From the NCBI GenBank assembly GCA_963664225.1, contig OY760937.1, forward strand, positions 1,152,001 to 1,216,000: a stretch of DNA of 64,000 bases, written 5' to 3'. Made by a program: the position numbers and the translations under genes. Source of the stretch: Verrucomicrobiia bacterium (GTDB taxonomy: Bacteria; Verrucomicrobiota; Verrucomicrobiia; Limisphaerales; UBA1319). The notes under the pieces were generated by a model that saw only the letters and a program-made list of their open reading frames with translations, did not search any database and was not told the DNA's origin. Positions 29,821-41,146 of the stretch are shown here, piece by piece. The first letter of the stretch is position 1. Each line of letters opens with the position of its first letter.

Positions 29821-31494
29821 TTAAATCTGGTCCTCCAAGGGAACCAGGGAGAGAAGTATTGTCATGATCTGACGCCAATAAGCCGCACGTGGATCGAACG
29901 AGTATTTCACCGGTTTGCCGTTTTCAATTGTGTGCCACACCACGATGGATCGGGCATGAATATCATGGATGGGATCGGCAGGGATTTCCTCCAAGCCGAT
30001 GCGATAGCTGTTTTTGGGCTGAACGGCGTCATTAAATAAGGCCGCCACTTGTTCGGCCAGTTCCGGGCTGTCCACGATGAGGCCCATTTCTGTGTTTAGC
30101 CGCAGGGAGCGCGGGTCCAGATTCAAGGAGCCCACGAAAACGGTTCGACGGTCGAAAACAAATGCTTTTGTGTGCAAGCTGGCCCACTTCGATAAACGGG
30201 CGTGCTTGCGTTTGGTGCGGCGGATCAATTCGGCTGAGGGTTTGTACTCGTAGAGTTCAACCCCGCACTGGACCAGCGCTTTCCTATAACGGGTGTAGCC
30301 GATGTGGACGATGGGCGAATCATTCGATGCGAGCGAGTTGCTGAGAATGCGGACGCGCACTCCTTTTTCACGGAGCCGGTGGAAATATTCCATTCCTTCC
30401 TCACCGGGCACGAAATAAGGGGAGACGAGGAGAAGCTCTTTTTCGGTGCGGTTGGCAATGGGTTCTAACTGGGAATGCATGTAACGGACAAAATATTGCT
30501 TGTTGAGTCCGGCAATTTTGCTCGGCGGATCACAAAACAACTGCGAAGGTGCCCATATCAGGCGCAATCTGTCTCGCGAGAGAGTGTTCATGAAATCCGA
30601 ATCGCGCAGGGCGACGGCGTAAGGGGTCTGGCGGCTGGCTTCGTAGAATTCGCGCAGGGACTGGCATTCGTTGGTAAATTCCGAGGCGGTGGGTTTTGAG
30701 GAACGCAGCGCGCCAATGGGCACGGCCCATTCGCTGTTCCAGTAATCGTCGAAACAGGTCGAGACCTGATTTACGATGGGCCCGAAGGCCAGCAAATCCA
30801 AGTCATGAAATTCCATGTCCTCGCTGGCTTCGAAATATTCATCACCGATATTGCGTCCGCCGACGATGGCGGCGGCGTTATCGACCGCAAACACCTTGTT
30901 ATGCATGCGCCGATTCAGGCGTGAGGGATGTATCAGAAAGTCGATGGGCCGCGAAACCATCACGACATGGCGGCCCATGTATGGATTGAACAGCCGCACT
31001 TCAATATTGGGATGCGCGTCGAATGTGGCCATCTCAAAGTCCCGCCCGCCGGTATGGTGGTCGTCGAGCAAAAGACGCACATGTACCCCCCGATCGGCCG
31101 CTTTGAGCAGGTGATACATCAAGAGTTTGCCCGTAAGATCGCCATGCACGATGTAATACTGCACGTCAATGGTGCGTTCCGCAGTGTCCGCCAGATAGGC
31201 CCGCGCCAGAAAGGCGTCCATTCCGATGGAGAGCAGGGAGAATCCTGATTGCCCTGGGTGCGCGGCCTGGTCGGCGGCATACCTGCGTCCAAGGAAGGTT
31301 TCTTCAGGCTTGGGCCAGGCCACGGCATTTGGCCGGGGATAGTTTTTGCGGATGGTGGTGCACCCCGTCGAGCCCAGGATCAGGATTAGAACGAAAAGCC
31401 ATGGGAGGGATACTGTCAGACGACGGCAGAAGCCTGCCGTGGACCGGGTATTCCGGTCGAATTCACAATTCCATCTCAATAAATTCAGCGTCAT
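29821..31494 (-). CDS. Phospholipase D family, cardiolipin synthase ClsC-like
   Basis: Two HKD motifs (HNKVFAVD, HTKAFVFD), GGRNIGDEYF and GSLNLDPRS. Confidence 0.9.
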   Translation of the reverse strand: MTLNLLRWNCEFDRNTRSTAGFCRRLTVSLPWLFVLILILGSTGCTTIRKNYPRPNAVAWPKPEETFLGRRYAADQAAHPGQSGFSLLSIGMDAFLARAYLADTAERTIDVQYYIVHGDLTGKLLMYHLLKAADRGVHVRLLLDDHHTGGRDFEMATFDAHPNIEVRLFNPYMGRHVVMVSRPIDFLIHPSRLNRRMHNKVFAVDNAAAIVGGRNIGDEYFEASEDMEFHDLDLLAFGPIVNQVSTCFDDYWNSEWAVPIGALRSSKPTASEFTNECQSLREFYEASRQTPYAVALRDSDFMNTLSRDRLRLIWAPSQLFCDPPSKIAGLNKQYFVRYMHSQLEPIANRTEKELLLVSPYFVPGEEGMEYFHRLREKGVRVRILSNSLASNDSPIVHIGYTRYRKALVQCGVELYEYKPSAELIRRTKRKHARLSKWASLHTKAFVFDRRTVFVGSLNLDPRSLRLNTEMGLIVDSPELAEQVAALFNDAVQPKNSYRIGLEEIPADPIHDIHARSIVVWHTIENGKPVKYSFDPRAAYWRQIMTILLSLVPLEDQI

Positions 31495-31613
31495 CCAATG
31501 CGTTCCAGCCCGCTCAATAACCGTTGCGAGCCAAACAACAGCGAAGTTCCTTACCCATTGAGCGGTTTAAGTAAAGCGCGAATTGGAGATTTGCGGCACC
31601 AGACACCAGTTTA

Positions 31614-33941
31614 TCAACGATCTTGATGACGCATATGGCGCAAACGAAGGGCGTTCCCAATGACGAATACGTCCGAAACGCCCATGGCCAGGGCACACAG
31701 TATCGGGCTCAAGAAACCCAAAGCAGCCAGCGGAATTGTGGCGGCATTGTAGAAGAATGCCCAGAACAAGTTCTGCTTGATGACACGCAGGGTGGCCTGG
31801 GCCAGGGCCAGGGCTTCGGGCACCGCGTGTATATCCGATTTTAGGAGTAGAATATCGGCGGATTCGCGCGCGATGTCGCTTGCGCGCGTGACTGCAATGC
31901 CCAGATTGGCCTGAACAAGGGCTGGCGCGTCATTAATGCCATCGCCCACGAAGGCCACGCGATGGTTGTCGGTCTGGAGTTTGCGCACGATATCGGCCTT
32001 TTGTCCCGGACGCGTTTCGGCAAAGACATGGTTTTCTGGAATGCCCGCCTGGGCCGCAATGGCTTTTGCGGTGGCGGCATTGTCGCCAGTGACCATGTAG
32101 ATTTCCTTGCCCATGCGCATCAACCGCTGCACGACCTCGGGGGTGCCGGGTTTGATGGCGTCCTTCAATGCGATCAAACCGAACAGTTGATCGTTGATGG
32201 ACAAACCCAGAACGGTTGCGCCCTGGGAAGTCCAGGTGTTCATGAAACGTTGTGCGCCGGTAATATTGATTCCGGATTCCCCAAGCCAGCGCAACGAACC
32301 CAGGCGAAGCATCGCGCCATTCAATGTGCCTGGTTCGGCCATGGTGGCCATTACGCCATCCCCTTTGACTTCGCGCCAATTTTCCAGATGGACCTCGGTG
32401 TGGGTTCCCTGGGCGACGGCCTGGCTCAAGGGATGTTGGGAGGGCGCGCCCAGTGCGGCCGCCAGTTCAGACAGGGCAGGGGATCCGGCGGTTTCGATTC
32501 CCAGACGTTCGCTGGCGGCGATGGAGAGCCGCCCCTGTGTCAGAGTGCCGGTTTTATCGAAAAGGACGGTTGTGATCGCACCGGATTTTTCCAGGGCGTT
32601 GCCGTCGCGAATGAGGATGCCCCGTTCCGCTGCGGCATTGGCTCCAGCCATGATGGCCGCAGGTGTGGCCAACCCCATGGCGCAGGGACACGCCACGATG
32701 AGCACACCGGCGAGGTGAATGAACGCGGCCGCCAGCGCGCCTTCGGGCAAATGCATGTGCCATAGCCAGGGCGCGAGCCACGCATGAACCGCCGTCGCTT
32801 TTTCGTTCGATAAACCCCAGAAAAGCGCCGTGGCAATGGCGATGACGACCACTATGGGAACGAATACGCTGCTCACGCGGTCGGCGAGTTTTTGAATTTG
32901 GGCGCGGCTGTTTTGCGCGCGCTCCACCGCGGCAATGATCTGGGCCAGGGCCGTGGTTTGGCCCATGCCGCTGACACGCGCCACGAGCCGTCCATTTTGA
33001 TTGATGGTCCCCGCATAAACCGCGCTTCCTTCGGTTTTTTCCACAGGCATCGATTCCCCGGTCAGCATCGATTCGTCCAGTGCTGAGGAGCCTTCGATGA
33101 TCTGGGCGTCCACGGGGACGCGATCCCCCGGTTTGAGCAGGATGCGTGTGCCGGTCATGAGTTCGCTCACCGGTATGACTTGTTCCTGATCCTTGTCGTC
33201 GAGCCGGCGGGCAGTGGGCGGAGCGAGGTTCAAGAGCTTGCTCAGGGCCGCTCCGGCGCGCGCGCTGACCAGGGATTCCATCCAATGGCCGGCGCTGATC
33301 AGCGTGATGATGGCGATGGATTCCATGAAGTAAAGGTGCTGCTGGGTTCCCGAAAAGAATCCCCACGCGCTGAATCCATAGGCGGCAGTGGAACCGAGCG
33401 ACACCAGGGTGTCCATGTTCGAATCGCCAATCTTCAGCTGGTTCCATGCGCCGATGTAGAATCGTCCGCCGCACAAAATCTGGACCGCCGAGGCGAGAAC
33501 GAATGTGCCCCAGAGAAACCAGGTCGTTTGTCCGACCCCCAGGACATGTTCCCCAAGCACGACAAATATCAACGCCGCACCGCCCAGGACGACATTGAAA
33601 CGCCACCCTTCCAAAGGGGACCACGCATGGGCCTCACCGACTTCACCGGTGGCTGTGGTTTCCTGAGCCTCGTATCCGGCGCTGACGACCGCGCTGATCA
33701 GTGCGGCGGCGTTGGGCGTCACCTGGGATTTCCAATGAATCAGGGCATGGTGATGATCCAAATCGACTTTGGCGGAAGCAACGCCATCGACGGCTTCGAG
33801 CGCTTCCCTGACATGTCGAACGCAATTCTGGCAGGTCATGCCCCCCACATTGACATGGGTTTCATGATCGCGGCGGGCATCCAATTGCGGCTCGGTTTGT
33901 AATTCCTGAGGTTGCATCTGCTTGTATTGAAAATGCCTCAT
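31614..33941 (-). CDS. copA: Heavy-metal P1B-type ATPase, probably Cu(I) exporter
   Basis: GMTCQNC metal-binding domain, TGES, CPC, DKTGT, GDGIND and YN in the C-terminal TM region. Confidence 0.88.
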   Translation of the reverse strand: MRHFQYKQMQPQELQTEPQLDARRDHETHVNVGGMTCQNCVRHVREALEAVDGVASAKVDLDHHHALIHWKSQVTPNAAALISAVVSAGYEAQETTATGEVGEAHAWSPLEGWRFNVVLGGAALIFVVLGEHVLGVGQTTWFLWGTFVLASAVQILCGGRFYIGAWNQLKIGDSNMDTLVSLGSTAAYGFSAWGFFSGTQQHLYFMESIAIITLISAGHWMESLVSARAGAALSKLLNLAPPTARRLDDKDQEQVIPVSELMTGTRILLKPGDRVPVDAQIIEGSSALDESMLTGESMPVEKTEGSAVYAGTINQNGRLVARVSGMGQTTALAQIIAAVERAQNSRAQIQKLADRVSSVFVPIVVVIAIATALFWGLSNEKATAVHAWLAPWLWHMHLPEGALAAAFIHLAGVLIVACPCAMGLATPAAIMAGANAAAERGILIRDGNALEKSGAITTVLFDKTGTLTQGRLSIAASERLGIETAGSPALSELAAALGAPSQHPLSQAVAQGTHTEVHLENWREVKGDGVMATMAEPGTLNGAMLRLGSLRWLGESGINITGAQRFMNTWTSQGATVLGLSINDQLFGLIALKDAIKPGTPEVVQRLMRMGKEIYMVTGDNAATAKAIAAQAGIPENHVFAETRPGQKADIVRKLQTDNHRVAFVGDGINDAPALVQANLGIAVTRASDIARESADILLLKSDIHAVPEALALAQATLRVIKQNLFWAFFYNAATIPLAALGFLSPILCALAMGVSDVFVIGNALRLRHMRHQDR

Positions 33942-34094
33942 TTCCCAAGCGGCGCAAGAGGCAACGTCCGCGTTATCGGGGAAAGATCAAAAGGGGAACT
34001 TCGCGAGCCTTAATCTCCGGCCAAATCTAAAAATTCGCTGGCGGCGACTCCCTGAATTACGCTAGGCTGGAAGTCCGATTTCAAAATAAAACTT

Positions 34095-35549
34095 ATGGAA
34101 GCTACTGCTGATATTGCGTTGATCGGTTTGGCCGTCATGGGCCAAAACCTGGTTCTGAACATGAACGACCATGGATTCCGGGTGGCGGTGTTCAACCGGA
34201 CCGTGTCCAAAGTCGATGATTTTCTGGCCAACGAAGCCAAGGGAACCCCCATCATCGGGGCGCATTCCATTCCTGAATTAATCAGCCACCTCAAACGGCC
34301 CCGCCGGGTCATGATGCTCGTCAAGGCGGGCAAGGCCGTGGATGAATTCATCGAACAGTTGATCCCGCACCTCGAGCCCGGCGATATCATCATCGATGGC
34401 GGCAATTCCTTTTTCCAGGACACGATCCGCCGCACAAAATATGTCGAAAGCAAGGGATTGCTCTACATCGGCACGGGTGTTTCGGGCGGCGAGGAAGGGG
34501 CGCGTCGCGGTCCCTCGATGATGCCCGGCGGTTCGCCCGCCGCATGGCCGCATGTGAAGGGCATTTTCCAGGCCGTCTGCGCTAAAGTGGAGGATGGCAC
34601 GCCTTGTTGCGACTGGGTGGGTTCGGATGGCGCGGGTCATTTTGTGAAAATGGTTCACAACGGCATCGAATATGGCGACATGCAATTGATCGGTGAGGCC
34701 TATCATCTGTTGTCTGCCGGCCTGGGCATGACCGCGGAGGAAATGCACGCGGTGTTCGCTGAATGGAACGAGGGCGATCTGGATTCCTATCTCATCGAAA
34801 TCACCCGGGACATTCTCGGATTCAAGGACACCGACGGCGTCGCGATGGTGGACAAAATCCTGGACGCCGCCGGTCAGAAAGGCACGGGCAAGTGGACCGT
34901 GAATACGGCCCTGGACCTCGGAGCCCCGGTGACACTCATCAGCGAAGCGGTCTTTTCCCGATGCGTCTCGGCCATGAAGGAAGAGCGCGTTTCAGCAGCC
35001 CGCAAGCTCAAAGGCCCCCGCTCCAAAATTTCCGGCGACCGTGTCAAAATTGTGGAAGACATTCGCAAAGCCTTGTATGCCTCCAAGATCGTTTCCTACG
35101 CGCAGGGATTCATGATGATGCGGGATGCCGCGAAGGAATACGGATGGACGCTCAATAACGGGGGAATCGCCCTCATGTGGCGCGGCGGTTGCATCATTCG
35201 CAGCCGTTTCCTTGGCAAAATCAAGGAGGCCTATGATGGAAACTCGAAGCTCAACAGCCTTTTGCTGGACAGCTTCTTCAAACAGGCGATCAAGGACAGC
35301 CAGCGTTCCTGGCGCAATGTGGTCGCATTGGCCGTCAAAAAAGGAATCCCCGTGCCGGCGTTTTCCACGGCACTGGCCTTTTACGACGCCTACCGATGCA
35401 CGCGGCTGCCGGCCAATCTGCTCCAGGCGCAGCGGGATTATTTCGGCGCCCACACCTATGAGCGGGTGGACCAGCCGCGTGGAAAGTTTTTCCACACGAA
35501 CTGGACCGGCCACGGCGGCAATGTTTCGGCCAGCACTTACACCGCCTAA
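34095..35549 (+). CDS. gnd: 6-phosphogluconate dehydrogenase, NADP-dependent, decarboxylating
   Basis: [26 protein letters not shown] and [12 protein letters not shown]. Confidence 0.97.
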   Translation: MEATADIALIGLAVMGQNLVLNMNDHGFRVAVFNRTVSKVDDFLANEAKGTPIIGAHSIPELISHLKRPRRVMMLVKAGKAVDEFIEQLIPHLEPGDIIIDGGNSFFQDTIRRTKYVESKGLLYIGTGVSGGEEGARRGPSMMPGGSPAAWPHVKGIFQAVCAKVEDGTPCCDWVGSDGAGHFVKMVHNGIEYGDMQLIGEAYHLLSAGLGMTAEEMHAVFAEWNEGDLDSYLIEITRDILGFKDTDGVAMVDKILDAAGQKGTGKWTVNTALDLGAPVTLISEAVFSRCVSAMKEERVSAARKLKGPRSKISGDRVKIVEDIRKALYASKIVSYAQGFMMMRDAAKEYGWTLNNGGIALMWRGGCIIRSRFLGKIKEAYDGNSKLNSLLLDSFFKQAIKDSQRSWRNVVALAVKKGIPVPAFSTALAFYDAYRCTRLPANLLQAQRDYFGAHTYERVDQPRGKFFHTNWTGHGGNVSASTYTA

Positions 35550-35621
35550 ATCGGTTTTGAAGCTGAAACCGGGCGGACTGCCATGAGGGGTGGCGCCCGG
35601 AATTCTCGAGCCTGGAATTTT

Positions 35622-36500
35622 ATGAGCGACAGCATACAAGTATTGAAGGATCTCAAACCCAATCGGGAATTTTTCATTGGCATCGATTCAGACGGCTGCG
35701 TCTTCGATACAATGGAAACGAAGCACAAGGAATGTTTCGTTCCGATGTTCGTGAAATATTTCAACCTCCAGCCCGCCAGCAAATACGCGCGGGAGGCCTG
35801 GGATTTCGTGAATTTATATTCCAAGACCCGCGGAACCAACCGGTTTCCCGCGTTGGTACGTACGCTCCAATTGCTGCGTGAACGCCCCGAAGTGATCGCC
35901 CGCGGGGTGAAGACCATGGACACCAGCGCTCTTGAGGCCTGGGTGGAAAAGGAAAAAAAACTGACCAATTCCACGCTGGCCGAGGAAGTCAAAAACGGCA
36001 ACAAGGCCCTGGAACCGGTGTTGGAATGGTCCATCGCCGTCAATAAAATGATTGCCGACGTCGTCCATGGAGTTCCGCCCTTTCCGCTGTTCAAGGAAAG
36101 CCTGCAGAAAATGATTCAAAAGGCCGACGTGGTCATCGTTTCACAAACTCCCACCGAGGCGCTCCAGAGGGAATGGGTGGAACACGACATCGCCCGCTAT
36201 GTGCGAGCCATTGCGGGACAGGAGATGGGCACAAAGACCGACCACATCAAATGCGCTGCGGGCCGCAAGTATCCAGAGGGCAGGGTGCTGATGATCGGAG
36301 ACGCCCCGGGAGATTTCAAGGCCGCCAAGGCGAACAGCGCTTTGTTTTACCCGATCAATCCCGGACACGAGGAACAATCCTGGAAACGTTTTCACGACGA
36401 GGCGCTCGATCGTTTTTTCAATGGAACCTATGCCGGGGACTACGAGGTAAAACTGGTCAAGGAATTTGACAATTGTCTCCCGGAACGGCCCAACTGGTAA
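35622..36500 (+). CDS. HAD-family hydrolase
   Basis: DSDG motif I and MIGDAPGD motif IV. Confidence 0.85.
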   Translation: MSDSIQVLKDLKPNREFFIGIDSDGCVFDTMETKHKECFVPMFVKYFNLQPASKYAREAWDFVNLYSKTRGTNRFPALVRTLQLLRERPEVIARGVKTMDTSALEAWVEKEKKLTNSTLAEEVKNGNKALEPVLEWSIAVNKMIADVVHGVPPFPLFKESLQKMIQKADVVIVSQTPTEALQREWVEHDIARYVRAIAGQEMGTKTDHIKCAAGRKYPEGRVLMIGDAPGDFKAAKANSALFYPINPGHEEQSWKRFHDEALDRFFNGTYAGDYEVKLVKEFDNCLPERPNW

Positions 36501-36608
36501 ATGATCCGGCGGCGATGAAAAACGGGCGTTCGTCGGTAAAATACCTATTTGATCCGCATGTGGCAAATCTGCTGCCAAACCCGTTTTTATCGGCTTTTTC
36601 ACGTTTTT

Positions 36609-36938
36609 TTACCGGTCCGTTTCCTGTGTGATCCAGTCAAGATATCGCGCGTTGCCGCTGGCCAGAGGCAACGCGATGATTTCCGGCGTGTCGTAAGGAT
36701 GGTTCTTTAAAATCAACGTCTCCAATGACTTAAGTTTATTGGAAGTGGTCTTGAATAACACCAGCGCTTCTTTGGAACATTCCAATTTCCCTTTCCACCA
36801 GTAATGGGATTCGATTTTTGGAATCAGGTTGCCGCAAGCGGCAAGTCTTGCTTTTAAAACGACTTGTATCAGTTTACGCGCGCTCGTTAAATCGGGTGCG
36901 GTGACCATTACGATGCGGAAACTTCGTGCAGACTTCAT
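36609..36938 (-). CDS. cutA: Divalent-cation tolerance protein CutA
   Basis: LAAC, SHYWWKG and HPYDTPEI. Confidence 0.92.
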   Translation of the reverse strand: MKSARSFRIVMVTAPDLTSARKLIQVVLKARLAACGNLIPKIESHYWWKGKLECSKEALVLFKTTSNKLKSLETLILKNHPYDTPEIIALPLASGNARYLDWITQETDR

Positions 36939-37067
36939 CCTGGAATATGAAGCATCCGCACGGAATAACGTCAATTCCAATGCGATCTGCAAAGGGATTG
37001 TTGAATTGGTTGCTACTTGACGCATCGGACCGGCTGACGCACTAATCGGCGGTTATTTATTAATTCG

Positions 37068-38258
37068 ATGACTCAACGCCAGTTAAAGAACGGGTATTTT
37101 ACGCTCGAAGGCATCAATGCCTTCGCGACCGGATATTATTTAAATTATCTCTTTTTCCTTCTGCACGAACAATTTGGATTCGGCAACGCCAACAACTTAT
37201 GGGTGGCCGCGTTGAATGGATTCGTCTATATGGTTTCGGCCTGGTTTGGCGGGCGATTCGGTCAGCGTTTTGGCTACTTCACGGCTTTGAGGATCGGGTT
37301 CGGAGGAATGGCGCTGGCGATGATTTTGGGCAGTCAAATGGATACAGTGACAGGACATTGCGCAATCATGGTTTTCTGGACCCTGAGTTTGTGTTTCACC
37401 TGGCCCACGTTGGAGGCAATGGTCAGCGAAGGCGAAACCACCCGCGGGCTGCAAAAAATGATCGGCCTTTATAATGTGGTGTGGGCTGCGGGCAGCGCCT
37501 TTTCCTATTTCATGGGAGGCGCCATGTTGAAATACTTGGGAATGAAGAGTCTCTTCTGGTTGCCGCTGGCCATTCATCTCATTCAATTAATCATGGTGGA
37601 ATGGCTTCGGAACGCCAATACGCGCAAGCCGTTGCACATCGATGGAACTAATCATCAAAAAGGCGTTGTCAGCGTTCTCAACGATGCGCTCGGGGAAAAC
37701 GCTCACGGTCCGGCCTTTTTGCGGATGGCTTGGGTTGCCAATCCGTTCTCCTATGTGGCTGTAAACACAGTGGTTGCAGTTATTCCAAGCATTGCGCAAC
37801 GTTTCAATTTATCACTCACCATGGCGGGAGTTTTTTGTTCGATATGGTTTTTCGCGCGGCTGGCGTCGTTTTTTCTTTTTTGGGGGTGGTCCGGTTGGCA
37901 CTACCGGTTTGGCTGGTTGATCACCGCATATGGGCTGCTGGTGGGTAGTTTTTTCGGTCTATTAATGGCGCTCAATCTACTCGTGGTCATTGGTGTGCAG
38001 ATTGTTTTTGGTTTTGCGATCGGGCTCATTTATTATTCGTCGCTCTATTATTCAATGCATGTTGGTGCGACAAAAGGAGAGCATGGGGGATTTCACGAAT
38101 CGGCCATTGGCGCGGGGATTTTCGTAGGTCCGGCCATTGGATCGGGCGCCCTCTATTTGTTTCCTGGAAACGCCAATAGCAGCGCGTGGGCGGTGAGCGG
38201 TCTGTTGTTGATCGGGGGGGCGATGATCATGCTGATTCGCCTGCGCAATTCCAACTAA
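37068..38258 (+). CDS. MFS transporter
   Basis: About 12 TM segments and GRFGQRFG, similar to MFS motif A. Confidence 0.85.
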   Translation: MTQRQLKNGYFTLEGINAFATGYYLNYLFFLLHEQFGFGNANNLWVAALNGFVYMVSAWFGGRFGQRFGYFTALRIGFGGMALAMILGSQMDTVTGHCAIMVFWTLSLCFTWPTLEAMVSEGETTRGLQKMIGLYNVVWAAGSAFSYFMGGAMLKYLGMKSLFWLPLAIHLIQLIMVEWLRNANTRKPLHIDGTNHQKGVVSVLNDALGENAHGPAFLRMAWVANPFSYVAVNTVVAVIPSIAQRFNLSLTMAGVFCSIWFFARLASFFLFWGWSGWHYRFGWLITAYGLLVGSFFGLLMALNLLVVIGVQIVFGFAIGLIYYSSLYYSMHVGATKGEHGGFHESAIGAGIFVGPAIGSGALYLFPGNANSSAWAVSGLLLIGGAMIMLIRLRNSN

Positions 38259-38264
38259 CTCCAA

Positions 38265-39047
38265 CTAACCCTGCGCGGAAGGCTTGTTGTCGGCAGGGTT
38301 TGGGCTGGCAACTTTGCGTAACGCGCGTATCTGATCGCGTAAAACAGCCGCTTTTTCAAACTCCTGGGCGGCAATGGCCCTGCGCAGTCTTTTTTCCAAT
38401 TGATCCAGCTTGGATATCGGTTTGGATCTTTCAATCTGGCGCGCGAAAGTCTTTAGCGCGGTCAATGAACGTTCACGTTCGAAGGCATAGATCGCTTCCT
38501 CATTTTCAGGAAGTGTTTGAATTTCGATGCTGGCCTCGCCGATGATTTTCAGCGCGGTATCGAATTGGCCCGATTCCAATTCGCCCATGGCGCGGGCGCA
38601 TGCGCACATGCGCATCACATAGGGCCGCCATTGTTCGAGATAATTCTGGTCCTCGGCATTTTGCGCGTGGCGATGAACGAAATCGAAGAGTTGCAGATTG
38701 CGTTGGGTATCGCGAATGGTGCGAACCCAATCCTTGAGTTTGAAAAGGTTAACATAGCGATAATAATAAAGCATGCTTTCGGAAAACAACTCGGAACATT
38801 CTTCGGAGGGAATGGAAAACACTTTATTGCTGGCCGTCTGACGTGACAACTGGTAATCGAACATTGAATCATACCCATGCGGTTGCAAGCCGTCGGGGCG
38901 CCCATCCAGTTCGTATTGCTCAATTCCCAGTGGGAGTCGCACCTGCATGATTTCGCGGCCATCTCGTCCATGGTCGAGTCGGACATTGTCATCCGCGTCA
39001 TAAGGCCATGCCATCAATAATTGTCGTAAATCCACCGTATCGCTCAT
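38265..39047 (-). CDS. Protein with C-terminal UVR (UvrB/UvrC) motif
   Basis: LRRAIAAQEFEKAAVLRDQI at the C-terminus. Confidence 0.8.
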   Translation of the reverse strand: MSDTVDLRQLLMAWPYDADDNVRLDHGRDGREIMQVRLPLGIEQYELDGRPDGLQPHGYDSMFDYQLSRQTASNKVFSIPSEECSELFSESMLYYYRYVNLFKLKDWVRTIRDTQRNLQLFDFVHRHAQNAEDQNYLEQWRPYVMRMCACARAMGELESGQFDTALKIIGEASIEIQTLPENEEAIYAFERERSLTALKTFARQIERSKPISKLDQLEKRLRRAIAAQEFEKAAVLRDQIRALRKVASPNPADNKPSAQG

Positions 39048-39184
39048 AATCCCATGGCACTATGGCACATCTGGTAGTGTTATCAAATTGGATTGCGAGC
39101 CCATAAGCTTCCCGGATTGAGGTAAAAGAAGCCGTGTGGTTTATTCTTTTTAAAACAGCCGGAATGTCGTCATAATGGAACGGT

Positions 39185-40186
39185 ATGAGATGTTTTGTCA
39201 CGGGCGCTACGGGGTTTGTCGGTGGAAATTTGGTGCGCGCATTGCTGGAGCAGGGGCACGAGGTGCGCGCATTAATGCGTCCAGGCAGTCGATCTTCGGC
39301 GCTAGATGCATTGGATTTCGAGCCAGTAGTTGGGGATGTGCTGGACAGAAATAGTTTGGGGATCGGTCTGGCGCGATGTGACTGGTGTTTTCATGTGGCG
39401 GCAAGCTACCATCTGTGGCTGCCCGATTATGCCTCGATGTACGCCTCGAACGTGGAAGGCACCCGCAATGTGATCGAGGCTGCGGCGATAGCGGGTTGTT
39501 CACGCATCGTTTATACGAGCACAGTGGGATGCATTGGACTTCCTCCGCGCATACAAGGACCCAATAACGGCGGTAATGAATATACGTCGCTTTTGCCCTC
39601 CCAACTGAGCAATCACTATAAACGCAGCAAGTGGCAGGCGGAACAGGTGGCCTTCGAATTGGCGGGAAAAGGTTTGCCGGTGGTGATTGTGAATCCCAGC
39701 ACGCCTGTTGGCCCTGGGGATGTGAAACCCACGCCTACCGGGAAGATCATTATCGATTTCATGCAGCGCAAAATGCCGGCATATCTGGAAACCGGCTTAA
39801 ACTGGGTCCACGTCCGCGATGTTGCCATGGGTCACATTCTTGCGGCTGAGAAAGGGCGCGTGGGAGATCGGTATATTCTCGGGAATGCAGAAGCAAATTG
39901 GACCTTGAAAGAAACCTTTGCAGTTCTCGAGGATTTGACCGGAATACCGGCGCCGCGAGTGCGCATTCCCTATTTGATTGCGTTAATGGCGGCCTACGTC
40001 GATGAAGCCAAATCTTCAGTGACAGGAAAATCCCCTCGTGCACCTCTGGGTGGAGTGCGAATGGCCCGATACAAGATGTTTTTTGATCCTTCTAAGGCGA
40101 TTCGGGAACTCGCTCTTCCACAAACACCGGCCCGCCAGGCATTAAAGGAGGCGGTGGAATGGTTCAAGAACGCTGGAATCGTCTGA
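39185..40186 (+). CDS. hpnA: NAD-dependent epimerase/dehydratase, HpnA-like
   Basis: TGATGFVG, YKRSK and NPSTPVGPGDVKPTPTG. Confidence 0.8.
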   Translation: MRCFVTGATGFVGGNLVRALLEQGHEVRALMRPGSRSSALDALDFEPVVGDVLDRNSLGIGLARCDWCFHVAASYHLWLPDYASMYASNVEGTRNVIEAAAIAGCSRIVYTSTVGCIGLPPRIQGPNNGGNEYTSLLPSQLSNHYKRSKWQAEQVAFELAGKGLPVVIVNPSTPVGPGDVKPTPTGKIIIDFMQRKMPAYLETGLNWVHVRDVAMGHILAAEKGRVGDRYILGNAEANWTLKETFAVLEDLTGIPAPRVRIPYLIALMAAYVDEAKSSVTGKSPRAPLGGVRMARYKMFFDPSKAIRELALPQTPARQALKEAVEWFKNAGIV

Positions 40187-40366
40187 GCCAACCGCTTTTG
40201 ACAGTGGCAGACTGACGTGCGCACAATCTGGTTTTTTAGCTCGGAAGATGGCGATGGATCGGTGGCTTGTTATTCATTGCGAGTCCTTTATGTTTCTTCA
40301 TGAGCGGTGCCTCCACCTTCCGTAACGCGCCTTCCTTCATGGATTATTTCCGAATTTTGAGCCATC

Positions 40367-40396
40367 TTGACATGGTAACGGTTGGGGTGCTAGCTT
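40367..40396 (+). promoter_or_regulatory. sigma70 promoter TTGACA-N18-TAGCTT
   Basis: Consensus -35 and extended -10 upstream of the HNH gene. Confidence 0.55.
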
Positions 40397-40419
40397 ATGG
40401 CCCCTAACGGTTTGCCGTT

Positions 40420-41040
40420 ATGGGCTCCTTTTTACATACTCCTGTATTGGTGCTCAACCGCCTTTGGCAGGCGGTCAATGTATGCACCGCACGACGGGCT
40501 TTGGTTCTGCTTTTCCAAGGTCACGCGCAGGTTGTGTTCGGAGGTGCCGATGGGGACTTCCAGACTTACAACTTCAACCAGTGGCGTGACTTTTCCAGGC
40601 AGCAACCGCATCCGGAAAGCGTTTTTGCCATTTCGTTCCGGGTTCGGGTTCCACGGGTCATCATGTTGCTCGCTTTTGATCACATGCCCAAGAAAGAGGT
40701 CAAATTCACGCGCCATAACATTTTTGAACGAGATAAGAACACTTGTCAGTACTGCGGCAAGGTATTTGATCGGGCTGATTTGAATCTCGACCATGTGATT
40801 CCCAGGGATCGCGGCGGCCCAACGACTTGGGAAAATATCGTTTGCTCCTGCATTGAGTGTAACACGCTCAAGGCCAATAATTTGTATCAAGAGGTTGGCA
40901 TGCGATTGATCCGCAAGCCAAAACGCCCCAAATGGCGGCCATTCATCCAGATCAACATCGGCATTTCCTATCCGGAAAGTTGGAAGCATTTTATCGATAT
41001 TGCCTACTGGAATGTGGAAATCGGCGAGGAGGCGCGGTAA
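40420..41040 (+). CDS. HNH endonuclease
   Basis: CQYC...LDHVIPRDRGG...WENIVCSCIECN..KAN. Confidence 0.9.
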   Translation: MGSFLHTPVLVLNRLWQAVNVCTARRALVLLFQGHAQVVFGGADGDFQTYNFNQWRDFSRQQPHPESVFAISFRVRVPRVIMLLAFDHMPKKEVKFTRHNIFERDKNTCQYCGKVFDRADLNLDHVIPRDRGGPTTWENIVCSCIECNTLKANNLYQEVGMRLIRKPKRPKWRPFIQINIGISYPESWKHFIDIAYWNVEIGEEAR

Positions 41041-41146
41041 CGCCTTTTTTGCAGTGCGTTTGAGTGGTCTGCAAAACAGGGGGAATTATGTTGGCCATAA
41101 TCAAGAGACTTGCACGGAAATGGCGCTTTGATTTAGATTGTCAACC

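Noticed and set aside
32554..33624. Long alternative-frame or antisense ORFs (e.g. 356 aa here, 331 aa at 47856-48851)
   Set aside because: They overlap well-supported genes, lack motifs, and are expected shadows in GC-rich coding DNA.
40420..41040. HNH nuclease as a restriction/defence system or mobile homing element
   Set aside because: No methylase, ATPase or intron context; it resembles the widespread stand-alone HNH family.
41047..41077. TTTTGCAG...CTGCAAAA inverted repeat as a BirA operator for bioB
   Set aside because: Does not match the BirA TGTAAAC-N-GTTTACA pattern; more likely a hairpin ending the HNH transcript.
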